DNA of 64,000 nucleotides from Macrostomum lignano. Lineage: Eukaryota. Below are positions 1-11,357 of the stretch, piece after piece. The stretch spans positions 186,001-250,000 of the forward strand of contig NIVC01000482.1 of NCBI GenBank assembly GCA_002269645.1. The letters run 5' to 3'. Within the stretch, counting starts at the first letter, position 1, and each line of letters opens with the position of its first letter. A program made the translations under genes and the position numbers. The notes beneath the pieces are model-generated. The model searched no databases, was not told where the DNA came from, and saw only the letters and a program-made list of their open reading frames with translations.

Positions 1-13
1 CTCTGTCCCGCAG

Positions 14-336
14 CCGGTCTCACAGACCCTGGTGAGTCAGCGGAAGCCGCAGCGCTCCGAGAGCTGGCTGAGGAGACGGGGTTCAGCGGCTCCGTGGTCG
101 GGCAGGTGTCGCCCAGGTGCGCTGCAGAGTGCAGCATCAGCAGCGCCGATGAAGTGTTTGTCAGCGTGGCCTGTCAGTCGCGGGGCGCGCAGGCCTCAGA
201 GGCGGACGAAGACATTGAAGTGGTTCTGGTGCCAGCAAAACAGCTGCTGCAGACTCTGGACTCCATGGCCAGAGAGGGCTGCTTGATTTGTTCGAGATTG
301 CAGGCGTTTGCCGTTGGGCTGGCATTTAATACTTAA
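14..336 (+). CDS. NUDT5: Last exon of a Nudix hydrolase, ADP-sugar pyrophosphatase (NUDT5-like); 5' part lies outside the window
   Basis: After acceptor CAG (11-13) the frame reads GLTDPGESAEAAALRELAEETGF, a complete Nudix box (GX5EX7REUXEEXGU), then ...EDIEVVLVP...LQAFAVGL, stop at 336. Confidence 0.8.
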
Positions 337-1189
337 TTTTGTTCCTTCAATTAATTGAAATTACAAAATATGGTGACTATTGCCTACTTACAGAGTGCCA
401 GCAGTAGTGTGATGAGAATTTTTTATATAGAATGTAAAAAATACACACATTTTTCAATTTGCTCTCATAATAATAATAGCAATAGTTGCAGGAAGACTAA
501 TTGTCGTGCACACAAGCCCCAAATGAATTGGAATCGAACCAAGGTTGCGGCGCGAGAGTCTGACACTTTTATCGCTGAGCTGCTCTACCTGCAGTCTTCC
601 CCTCTCTCTCCCTCTCTCCCTCTCTCTCCCTCTCTCCCTCTCTCTTCCCTCCTCCGTTAAATGCGTGTTTTCAGAACATTATAATTAAAAAAATAACAGA
701 ACATTAAAAAAAGTGCTAAATTCTTGTATATTTAAGTTTCAGCTGTTTGTAAAAAACTTGAGTGACTCGATCTTGAAATTGTTGTTTATTTTTTCTTATA
801 TTTCTACTATGAGTAGAGCAAATTGAATATGAAATTTGCAGCTGATTTTACGCGGGTGTTGGGGACAGACTTGTCTTTCTGCTAGGTGCTTATAAAGAAC
901 TGTTTTTGTTTAACTAGTGTTATAAAAATATTCGATTTTAAAGTTGCATGTAACTTGGTTATAAATATGGAAGTTAATTTTGAGTTGTTTCAACGACATT
1001 AGCAGACAACTCTGCTAAGAATTTTATTAAAGTTTTGTTTGCATTTAGCAAACTGGTAAACATTCTGCAATACTTCAGTTAGTATTCACAAGGCGCTTCA
1101 GCCGACTCCGATTACAGCTTGAATGGCAGGAACTGGACCAGTTCTGAACTACAAACTCTAAGGTACTAATTCAGGAGGTATATGTAGCC

Positions 1190-1740
1190 ACTCTGACCTA
1201 CCCACCCTGACCCACCCATAACTGACCTAACTCATCCTGACCTACCCACCCTGACCCACCCATTCTGACCTACCCGATCTACCCATCCTGACCTACCCAT
1301 CCTGATCTACCCATCCTGACCTACCCATCCTGACCTACCCATCCTGACCTACCCATCCTGACCTACCCATCCTGATCTACCCACCCTGACCCACCCATTC
1401 TGACCTACCCACCCTGACCTACCCATCCTGACATACTCATCCTGACCTACCCACCCTGACCCACCCATTCTGACCTACCCACCCTGACCTACCCACCCTG
1501 ACCTACCCATCCTGACCCACCCATAACTGACCTACCCATCCTGACCTACCCACCCTGACCTACCCACCCTGACCTACCCATCCTGACCTACCCACCCTAA
1601 CCTACCCACCCTGACCTACCCATCCTGACCTACTCATCCTGACCTTCCCATCCTGACCTACCCACCCTGACCTACCCACCCTGACCTACCCATCCTGACC
1701 TACCCACCCTGACCCACCCATAACTGACGCAACTCATCCG
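1190..1740. repeat. ~14-bp minisatellite (CTGACCTACCCAYC)n
   Basis: Tandem copies seen directly, between the convergent Nudix and CUB genes. Confidence 0.95.
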
Positions 1741-1750
1741 ATCCATCCTT

Positions 1751-2219
1751 CTAGACGTGGCTTGTTTCGCTGTACACGCAGCCGTCAGATCTTCGCCGGT
1801 GCCCAGCATCAGCTGCGGCGAAGTCTCCCAGGTCCTGATAGTCATTGGCGTTGCTGCAGGCTGTCAAGGCTGTCACCGCGCCAGCCGATCGTCGAGCTGC
1901 TGAACAGCAGTCAGCAGCGATTCCTCTGATTGGCTGCGGCAACTGCAGCTGTTGCTGCTGGGGATGAAGTTTGCGCTGGTTCTGCCGTCGCGGCCGCGGA
2001 GCTGGCAGAGTTGCTGAATTAACCGACGGTCCCGACATTGACTGCTGCTGCTGTTGCGGCGCCGGTGTCAACTGATCGCTGCGATTATCGTAGAAGCCGC
2101 AGGTGCCGCTGAGCGAATGCGGCAGGCCGGCCAGGGACAGCGGCACCGTGGACGTCGAGTACAGGATCTCGTGAGAGTCATCGCACTCTCCGCGACTGGC
2201 GGCCTCCTTGGCTTTGAAC
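1751..2219 (-). CDS. SUEL-lectin/CUB receptor, exon 5 (cytoplasmic tail with Tyr motifs)
   Basis: Acceptor ctgccgcag|G is phase 2, matching exon 4. Reads FKAKEAASRG...LYSTS...FYDNR...DYQDL...VYSETSHV-stop. Confidence 0.65.
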
Positions 2220-2329
2220 CTGCGGCAGATGCGTTCGGCTAGGGTTTCACTTGCATGGGTCTGCTTGTGTGGGGGCGGCGCCTGCATGCCAAGGACCTCG
2301 AAATCTTAAATTTTGATTCTCAGATTTTT

Positions 2330-2441
2330 TGTCTGTCTGTCTGTCTGTCTGCCTGCCTGCCTGTCTGTCTGTCTATCTGTCTGTCTGTCTGTCTGTCTGT
2401 CTGCCTGCCTGCCTGTCTGTCTGTCTGTCTGTCTGTCTGCC

Positions 2442-2473
<32 letters not shown>

Positions 2474-2540
2474 AGTCTGTCTGTCTGTCTGTGTGTGCGT
2501 GCGTGTGTGTGTGTGTGTGCCTGTCTGTCTGTCTGTCTGC

Positions 2541-2572
<32 letters not shown>

Positions 2573-2604
2573 CTGTCTGTCTGCCTGTCTGTCTGTCTGT
2601 CTGC

Positions 2605-2636
<32 letters not shown>

Positions 2637-2656
2637 CTGTCTGTCTGTCTGTCTGT
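2330..2656. repeat. (CTGT)n microsatellite in an intron of the CUB gene
   Basis: Seen directly; source of the spurious SVCL/DRQT ORFs. Confidence 0.97.
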
Positions 2657-2708
2657 CACAATTTTCATCGCTGGCCTGTCGCGCAGATCTGGAACTGCAG
2701 AGACTCAC

Positions 2709-2784
2709 AGTTTAAAGACAAACGTGGCGAGCACAACCGCCAGCAGGACCAGCAGACTTGTCACCAGGATGACCAGAAAAATTA
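2709..2784 (-). CDS. SUEL-lectin/CUB receptor, exon 4 (transmembrane helix)
   Basis: tttgcag|TA ATT TTT CTG ... AAA CT|gtgagt encodes IFLVILVTSLLVLLAVVLATFVFK; strong acceptor and donor. Confidence 0.75.
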
Positions 2785-3061
2785 CTGCAAAGTGATATGT
2801 AGTTTTTCCACATTAGCTTGATCTAGTCAGTGCCAAGAAGACGCACAGGTTACTAATCTAACTCGTAGAAGATAAATCTGCAACCGGGGGAGCTGAGAGC
2901 TGGGAAATGATCGTCTAAATTGCATCACGGAAAAAACCAGCTTCATCAACTGAGGTTTCCGCTCCAATGCGCTCTGATTTGCTCTGCTCCAAAGCACAAA
3001 AATGAATCGGAAATCTTCTATCAGGTCGAGCGATGTTTTGCTCTCAATTTCCTAATTTTAC

Positions 3062-3084
3062 TGCTCTGTTGCTCAGAGAGTTTT
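3062..3084 (-). CDS. SUEL-lectin/CUB receptor, predicted 23-nt micro-exon 3 (KLSEQQS)
   Basis: ctctctcgcag|A AAA CTC TCT GAG CAA CAG AGC A|gtaaaa; phase 2 in and phase 1 out reconciles exon 2 with the TM exon. Confidence 0.5.
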
Positions 3085-3141
3085 CTGCGAGAGAGTCATC
3101 TGGTAGGTTCCATCGGTTCTACAGTATTTTTGCTTTATAGC

Positions 3142-3492
3142 TGGGGTCACTCTGTGGGACACCCGCTGTCTCCTTAGGTCACTCTGTCGGACACCCGCTG
3201 TCTCCTTAGGTCACTCTGTCGGACACCCGCTGTCTCCTTGGGTCACTCTGTCGGACACCCGCTGTCTCCTTAGGTCACTCTGCGACACCCGCTGTCTCCT
3301 TGGGTCACTCTGTCGGACACCCGCTGTCTCATTGGGGTCACTCTGTCGGACACCCGCTGTCTCATTGGGGTCACTCTATGGACACCCGCTGTCTTCTTGG
3401 GTCACTCTGTCGGACACCCGCTGTCTCCTTGGGTCACTCTGTCGGACACCCGCTGTCTCATTGGGGTCACTCTATGGACACCCGCTGTCTCC
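3142..3492. repeat. 32-33-bp minisatellite overlapping the exon 2 splice donor of the CUB gene
   Basis: Unit GGGTCACTCTGTCGGACACCCGCTGTCTCCTT, about 11 copies. Confidence 0.93.
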
Positions 3493-4469
3493 ACTGGTGT
3501 CATGCTCACCAACACTATCGCCGTATCCGGAGAATCGCCCAGTGGACGCCACACCATCCCGATAGTTGACCAACACGCTGCCTCCACCGTCGCCGATGCC
3601 ACCGGCCCAGGCGCCTTTGCTGCTTTGCGAAGTGGTTCCGCCGACGAGAACAACAGCCGGAGAGGCTGCCGATCCTGCCGTTGTCGTCTCGATCGACTTC
3701 GATCTCGCAGCTGGGCTCTCCGGTATCAATGGTGTCGCTTCGTAGTAAAGCCAGAACCCCGTGTAGCCCACACCAGCCACCAGGCCGGTGGTCAGCGACA
3801 CACGGACCTCCGGGCCATCGGCCAGCATGGCTGACTCCATACGACGCTGGCCGCAGCGTCTCCAAACTTGAGGCGCATGCTGGACGGATTGACCGCTGTC
3901 AACCAACGTCAGACTGCTGTTGCAGTCGAGATCCAGGCTGTGCAGTGTTAAGCGAATCTTCTGTCGCTTGGGAGCACCGCTAGCATCAGTGAACAATGGC
4001 AAGCTGATCGTCAGGGTGCAGTTAAGTCCCGCCGGATATGCTTCCGGATAAGCCGGACTGATCACGTGACCCAACTGGCCAACCAACCGTCCGGTCTTGC
4101 AGACGTCGTGCAGTTCCTTAGCCGACACGCAGTCGTACACAGCCTGGTAGTAGGTCGGCCTGACCGGCTTCTGGCAGGCTCCGCTGGGCGCGATCGGGCC
4201 CGAGCTGCGCACGCTGGTGACGCAGTCGGTGAGACCGTTGCACACCCGGTTGAGACTGGCGTCCATGCGGAAGCAGTTGCCGCGGATGTGCCGGCAATGG
4301 CCGCCAGTCCCAGCGCCAAAAAAGGAATGCTGGATGTGAATTCGCTGGCCGGGCGGGCAGCTCAGCTGAACTGGTGTTGTTGGCATGAAGTTTGAATCGC
4401 CTACAGAGAAACTGCTGCTGTGGTCCTCCTCCAGACAGGTGGACATCACCGTGTGTTTGACGTCGCCCG
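3482..4469 (-). CDS. SUEL-lectin/CUB receptor, exon 2 (galactose/rhamnose-binding lectin domain, CUB domain, Ser/Thr/Gly stalk)
   Basis: LSCPPGQRIHIQHSFFG...CNGLTDC...YYQAVYDC (SUEL) followed by GHVISPAYPEAYPAGLNCTLTISL...RLTLHSLDLDC...CG...GFWLYY (CUB). Acceptor ttttcag at 4470 is phase 1; the 3' donor position is less certain. Confidence 0.85.
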
Positions 4470-4817
4470 CTGAAAATGTTGTCAATGGCAACGGGGGATC
4501 ACTCAGAATAGTAGAGCATAAGAAGGATGGATAAAGGGGCAGAGCAGCCACGCGACCCATGGTTTGATTCCGTACAAAACCGCGTTCGTTTGGGGCTTGT
4601 GTGCCCGGGGGTTGTCGCACGATTCACACACATCAGGGCGAACCCCGAAGGCACAGAGAGGTGTACATGCCTGACGATTAGAAAGTCTGGGCCGCTGTAC
4701 AATTGCCTCACAAGCGAGTGGTTGGTTGTGGGACGATGTCGCCGAAGGCGTTGGGCCAGGGTGGCCAGCAGCCTCGTGCGAATATTTATTTCAGATAAAG
4801 GCGGGCTGAATGCTTAC

Positions 4818-4902
4818 CTGCCGAAACTGAAAGCACCAACTGGACGAGTGACAGTAGCAACGGCCACAGCAACTGCAGCAGATTTATTTGATGATGAAGC
4901 AT
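4818..4902 (-). CDS. SUEL-lectin/CUB receptor, exon 1 (signal peptide)
   Basis: MLHHQINLLQLLWPLLLSLVQLVLSVSA G|gtaagc, phase 1, matches exon 2. Full model 85+988+23+76+469 = 1641 nt, 546 aa. Confidence 0.8.
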
Positions 4903-7052
4903 TGCCTGCCGTTGTCTGGATTTTTCCTGGCGGATATTTTTTTCACGCCTCCTCCTTCCAGGGCCAATTTGAAGGTTGACGCGGTCGGGGCGAAGTTGAC
5001 GTGGCTGATCTGTTTTTTTCCTTTTGGTGAGCCTCGGTGCCCTGAGGAGCGGCTCGGCCTGGGGAGAAAAAAATACAAAACAGAGGCTTAAGTAGGGGAA
5101 GAGAGGGTAAAGTTTTTTGTCCACAAACGCTGAGTGAAATGGGAGAGACTTAAAAAGAGAGAGAGGAAGAGAGAGGGCGAGCGAGGGCGATACGGTGCAA
5201 AAATAGCCGCTAAAATGGAGAAAAATGACGGGCCAAAGGCAGCTTGTTGAGGCCTGTGACAAGCGGCAGTGCGCCTGCGGTGGCGAATGGGAAAAGGCTG
5301 CATATGAAATCGGAGGCCGCCGCAAAAAAATAGTCTTCTTGCCTGCGCGTCTTAAGAAAGAGGTGCCATTGCCGGCCATTTTTCTTTGGCAATATTCTCG
5401 AGGAAATTGGCTCGGCGCAGCTGGGCTGAAGAGGAGGTGAAGCTAAATGGAAGATGTCAGCAATTATTGGGGCAGCGGATGGAACATCGCCATGCCGGAA
5501 TCGCCCCCTCCCCCCCCCCAGCCCGATGGCGCCCAAGTCTATGTCGAGCTCATCAGAGGAACGTCATCGAGACATTGCCGCCAATTCCTGCGCTTGTTTG
5601 CTGCAGTCTCCCTCTTTATCCGGCTGCCATCTGCGATCTGTTCCAGCCTCTCTCGATTCCCCTGCGTCTTCGTGTCGCGATCGACCTGCCCGGCATTTTT
5701 TTCAACAGAAAAATTTGCAATCGTCTCTCCGCATACTTGAAGGGATGCGTGAAATTTAATCTGGACGACCTGATGCCGATCGCGGCTGATCGGAGTTCCG
5801 CTCGGCTGCAGCTGCTTTCAATAATTCAGACCCCCGGGATCGCTTCGATGCTCAGAACAAGGAATCCTTGATGCAGAGAACAGACGGCCCACTAAACCCC
5901 ACCTGGCCAAAGCAATTATCCGCTTCGGATTTCGAATATCTTCGACAATCGCTTAATCCCACTGATAAGTAGGAAAATACCTGCATATTGACTTCGGTCT
6001 CCTATTTCCTGAATTCAGCTTTTCTAACTGGAATCGGCGTTGCCTTACCTGCAATTCGATGCGTTTGTTGTACCTTCTTGCACTTCGGGCAGCACGAACT
6101 CAAAGAGGAAGAAAGAAGGCGACCGATGGCGCTCTTGTGAGCTCAGAGCAATCTCTGTATTATAGTCCTGCTGGGCTCAAGGTGGACGCAGCTGGGACAC
6201 GGGGGAGCAAGGGATGCGGCTAGCGAAGCAAAGCATCATGGCCCGAGGAGACGATGAGGCACCACTAAATTTCCAGGGGGGGGGGGGCTGCGAACCCCGA
6301 TTTTCCAGTCCGTCGGTCGTCGCCACCTCCGCACCGACCGAGTAGCCGGCCCCGCAGTTCGTCACCGCGCAAATCCCTTTTGCCTCCTTCATAAACGGAT
6401 TGGCTCGAGTTACTCAGCTCTAGCAAGGCGACTCTGCAGGTTGTCAGGGCGTCACACGGGCAGGCCCTCTAATTAGTGTCGGACTCGGAAAATGAGCTGA
6501 CTTCATCAATCGCCGAGGCGCCTGTGTCCCCAACATGGTTTTGGGGGAGGGGATTGACGAATTTCTGCATAGTTGGGCGATCGCGCGTGGCTTGCATTAC
6601 CCTGCAGCCGTCTGATTTTTGTAATATTTGTGTAACACGCTACTGATAGTAAAGCGAGTTGTACGTGTTTTAAAAACGAGCTAGCAAGGAGTAAAAGCAA
6701 TTAGTCTTCGATCGTTTTTATGAAATGAAATTTCTTTCAGTGAAATGTAGATGACTCCCTTGTTCAAAATTTACAGCGCAAAGGAGCTACAGTTACATGC
6801 TAAATTCTGTGATTCACCTGTATTATTATTTCTAATACATGTAGCCCTCAAATAAAACATAGAAGTATTAGAGAAACAATTATTATTTAATAATTATTTT
6901 AACATTATTTAGTATGTTGATTAGTAAAAACTGCAGACTGAGAAATAGTTAATTCTTCGTAATTTTCGAGACACAGCTATATGTATCGAAAAGTGATAAA
7001 ATGGACTAACAATTTGATGACGATGCAGTGCACATGTCTTTCTTTCCCCGAA

Positions 7053-7619
7053 TCAGCAAGACACGGCCGGCTCCGGCACTTGAATCAGAGCCAGGCGAGC
7101 CCGCCTGAGCAGACGCAGCGCCCAGCTCAGTTCGAAGTCGTCAGTAGCTGTCAGGGCGTCGTACGTAGCCAGGATGAGACTCGCCCGCTGCTCGCTTGCG
7201 ATTCTCACCAGCGTTTCCATCCGGCTGCGGCCGAACGCGTGAATATAGCGGAACGCAGCGCAGCCGCGCGCTTTCAGCTGCTTCGCTAGGCGCTCCTCGC
7301 GTCGGACAGACTCGGCCAGCTGCCGCTCCATGGTTGCTTCGATCGGCGAGACTGGCAACCGTTTGCGTCTCTCAGCATCGGCCTCGTTGTCTGCTACAGT
7401 GGTCTCGATCGACCACTCGCTGCCCCCACCGTTCAGACCGTCCACGCAGCCGCTGTCCGCATCGGGAGCCAGCAGGTCCCGCAGCGTCGGCACCAGAACG
7501 CTGACGAACACGAGATGGTCCCCAGCTCGCTTCAAATTGGCGGCGTACCAGTCGGCGATGTGCAAGTTCGTGTCTAGGCTGGGAACCACCGGTACCAGGA
7601 TGGACCGTTCGACGCTCAT
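7053..7619 (-). CDS. Universal stress protein (USP) domain protein, intronless, ~188 aa
   Basis: MSVERSILVPV (beta1), WYAANLKRAGDHLVFVSV, ETLVRIASEQRASLILAT, LLRRARLALIQVP match the USP-A fold pattern. The ORF extends upstream to 7739 without a better start. Confidence 0.72.
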   Translation of the reverse strand: MSVERSILVPVVPSLDTNLHIADWYAANLKRAGDHLVFVSVLVPTLRDLLAPDADSGCVDGLNGGGSEWSIETTVADNEADAERRKRLPVSPIEATMERQLAESVRREERLAKQLKARGCAAFRYIHAFGRSRMETLVRIASEQRASLILATYDALTATDDFELSWALRLLRRARLALIQVPEPAVSC

Positions 7620-8499
7620 CTTCAGCTCCCAACCCGGACTTCTCCGTCGCGTTTTCGCGTTAAAATTTTCAAGATTCGCCCTCGGGTTATCCAGGTCTTT
7701 ACGCTGCGTCTGCACTGAAATATAACTGTCGCACCGCACGGTAGGACAGTCTGCGCCTGTCAGTCACGTTCTGTCAGTCACGTGGTCGCCAATTGACAGA
7801 CAAGCGGACCGTCTTGGCGAACAAGGGGGGGGCTGTTCAGAAGCTGACAAGGGACAAAGTGCGCTAAGATCTTGAACCTTTATTTATGCAGACTATTGAC
7901 CCTCTTTGGCTGTCTTCCACTGATGAAGCTGTTATATAGCTTTCTCATGCCTGTCCAATGCTAAATTTGGACTAGTACAGAATCTTGCCATGTACATGTA
8001 CTGTGTTCACGAGTGGAAGCAATATTTGCCAAAAGCAGGCGCTCGATTCCGGTACACATAAGTCTCTGCCTCTGCATGCACAACAAGCGATTTCGCATTC
8101 TGCAGGGGGTCCGTTCACCAGTGCAGATGCATCAGAGAATTTGACCGAGAATTTGCTACTGAAGACTAAAGGCGACCTCTTTTTTGTCTGGATCGCCGTC
8201 AGCTGCTGCCCGCTACGATATGCCTTTTGGCACATTTGGTGCTGCATCTTTTTAAAGTGTTTCTCTTGTGCCATTTCTTTGTCTGTCTGTCGGTTGCCGA
8301 AGTGGCGGGTCGGTGCGAGTGTGTTTTCTTGTAAATGGGGTCTGGCGGAGTCACGTGAGTTGAATTCTATTTGGTGTTAATCATTAATGAATTCTTAGGC
8401 ATCTAATTTTCATGTAGAAAAATGGAATCGCCTTTATCATATGCTATAGTTAAACTAATTTCCATTCTCTCATTTAGTTCTTCAGAGGGTCCTAACTGC

Positions 8500-8960
8500 C
8501 CCCCGATGCCAATGGTCCTTTGGAGGGTGCCATCGCCCCCAATGGTCCTTTGGAGGGTGCCAGTGCCCCCGATGGTCCTTTGGAGGGTGCCAGTGCCCCC
8601 GATGGTCCTTTGGAGGGTGCCATCGCCCCCGATGGTCCTTTGGAGGGTGCCAGTGCCCCCGATGGCCCTTTGGAGGGTGCCAGTGCCCCCGATGGCCCTT
8701 TGGAGGGTGCAATCGCCCCCAATGGTCCTTTGGAGGGACAATTGCCCCCAATGGTTCTTTGGAGACTGGCCATTGCCCCCGATGGTCCTTTGGAGGGTGC
8801 CATTGTCCCCAATGGTCCTTTGGAGACAGGCCATTGCCTAAATGATACTTTTGATTCGGACTGCCATTGCCCCAAACCTAATGGTCCTTTGGAGTGTGCC
8901 ACTACCCCCAATAGTCCTTTGGATGGTGCCACTAACCTCAATGGTTCTTTGGAGGGCTTT
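8500..8960. repeat. 30-bp minisatellite (GGAGGGTGCCAGTGCCCCCGATGGTCCTTT)n
   Basis: About 15 copies, degenerating at the 3' end. Confidence 0.95.
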
Positions 8961-9221
8961 GTTCTTGGTGGGCGCCGCTACTAACAACACAGTTGGTCGA
9001 CAGGTCAATTGATGGGATATATCGATCCGATCTGCACTTATAGTACCTTTTTCCTTTGGTGGGTGTTAATACGACCACTAGCTCAACGGCGATCCTTTTG
9101 GTGCAAGTTAGAAAGTCTTTCGGCATATTTTCAGTGTTTTCTGAACGGATATAATAAAATCCGTGAGCAGTTTTTTAGCGAATTGCGTTTAAATTGCCCG
9201 CCAAAGTACAATGTCGGGCAA

Positions 9222-9301
9222 GGTAGCGTGGCCGAGTGGTCTAAGGCGCTGGATTTAGGCTCCAGTCCGAAAGGGCGTGGGTTCGAATCCCACCGCTGCC
9301 A
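9222..9301 (+). tRNA. tRNA-Leu(TAG)
   Basis: GGTAGCG...CGCTGCC-A acceptor stem, A box TGGCCGAGTGG, anticodon arm CTGGA-TTTAGGC-TCCAG, long variable arm, T loop GGTTCGAATCC, downstream TTTT. Confidence 0.97.
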
Positions 9302-10768
9302 AATTTATTTTGACATCCTTGGCTTAAGTCGCAGTTTCTGGTCATATTTTTGTAAATAGCATTTTCAAATTTACATTTGCATTTTAATTTATCTTTTCGT
9401 GACATAATTTTTATCTTAATTATAACATAATTTATTATTATAACTGTTATTGCATTTTTGCGCGTAAATTCTTCAGCGATCGAAAATTCTACCTTAATGT
9501 CTAATGGAACAGTACCTACTTACAGTAGACAGTATAGAATATTTAGCTAACATTCGATACAAATACTGCAATAGTTATAATTGGTCATCTAATTTTATGT
9601 TAGAGATGTTAGAAAATAAAAATTGTCCGCTACAGTGATGAAATGACCATACAAAATGTGTATGTGATATTTGTGCTATCATGATAAGTTAATAAGTTAA
9701 TATTTAAATAAGTCAAATTCTACAAAAATCTAAATTTTTCAATTGTACAAAGTTCTTAGAAGTCTTATTTCTTGTCTATCCTAAGCTGTCTATTTCTATC
9801 TATCAATTTTATGTTTTCTTTGTTTGTTTATGCCCGAGCGATTTTTGCGTATGCATTCGATTTGTCTGCATCGCATTTTTTCTCTGCATTATGTGAATTT
9901 CGATACATATCGCCTACTCATTTCTATTAAATTTTGTGGTAAAATTTTGTCATCGTAAAATTTGTCCTAAAAAGTTCTCCATTTTTCAATTTTTTGAGCT
10001 AAGAATCTGTATGCACATGTATGAATTTATTGTTTCTCACGATAAACCACGAGTATACTGAAATGTTTTTTCTCAAATATTATTATATAGAATTCTCTTC
10101 GAATTTAGTGGCTTTTCTTTAGTTTCAGCATATTATTTTTAGTATATAGGATTGATACTGTACTAAAACACTATAGATTTTTTAATAATCAATACTCCTA
10201 TCTCCCTCTCTCTCTAAGTCTTCTATCTTTCTACTCAATTATCTCCTCTCTCCTCTATCTACTCTCCTACCCCTGTACTCTATTTAATCTCTAATCTCAC
10301 TAATATCTACTCGACTACTCTCCCCATCCCATATCTACTTAGCCCCAAAATCTGGAATGCATTGGAGCGACTTAGCAAGATCAGATCAAAAAGATTTTGT
10401 CAAGGCAGCCGCCGGATCGCATTGGAAGGTCAACAAAGAAGCAAAGCGCGGCCGATAAGAAACTCCGGCGCCCAAACCAGCAAAAATGCCAAACTCGCCG
10501 CTGCCAAAACTTTCGCGTCGGCGATTCGGTTGTAAAAACCGTTGGTTGTGGTTGTAAAAGCTCTCGCCAAGCAACAGGCGCGCACACGATTCCTGTAAAA
10601 TATACCGTAGATCCAAATACCTGCGCCAGGTGAGTGGGGGGAACTTTCTCGAAGTCTGCCGACTGCGGCGGGGTTTTAACTTGTATGGCTTTGTGAGCCT
10701 TGATCCCTGGCATTTTCTTCGGGCAAATTTGGGATCCGGGATGCCTGTGAGTCACCCAGCCTGCTCAC

Positions 10769-10915
10769 GCACCCTTATGGCACACGGTTTGATATTGAAA
10801 ACTGGGGCCTTGTGGAAGCGTGGCAGGGCAGGCTGCGCTGTCTGGGCTGATGGGGATTGCGGGGACATAAAAATTCAGAACGCTCCGGGATTCAAACAAA
10901 GGGTGGTCGGGTTTA
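10769..10915. repeat. ~145-bp direct repeat, copy 1 (copy 2 at 13216-13360)
   Basis: GCACCCTTATGGCAC...GGGTGGTCGGGTTTA is near-identical at both sites (2-bp indel). Confidence 0.93.
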
Positions 10916-10920
10916 TTTAT

Positions 10921-11357
<437 letters not shown>

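Noticed and set aside
2255-2821. Long SVCL/DRQT ORFs (also 31009-31788 and 32536-33601)
   Set aside because: Translations of (CTGT)n/(CAGA)n microsatellites.
4527-5871. Several 60-200-aa ORFs around the CUB gene 5' end
   Set aside because: Apart from the signal-peptide exon 4818-4902, no recognisable domains; probably 5' UTR or promoter sequence.
10381-10633. Overlapping short ORFs with splice-like sites on both strands
   Set aside because: Strand and frame could not be chosen and no homology was recognised.
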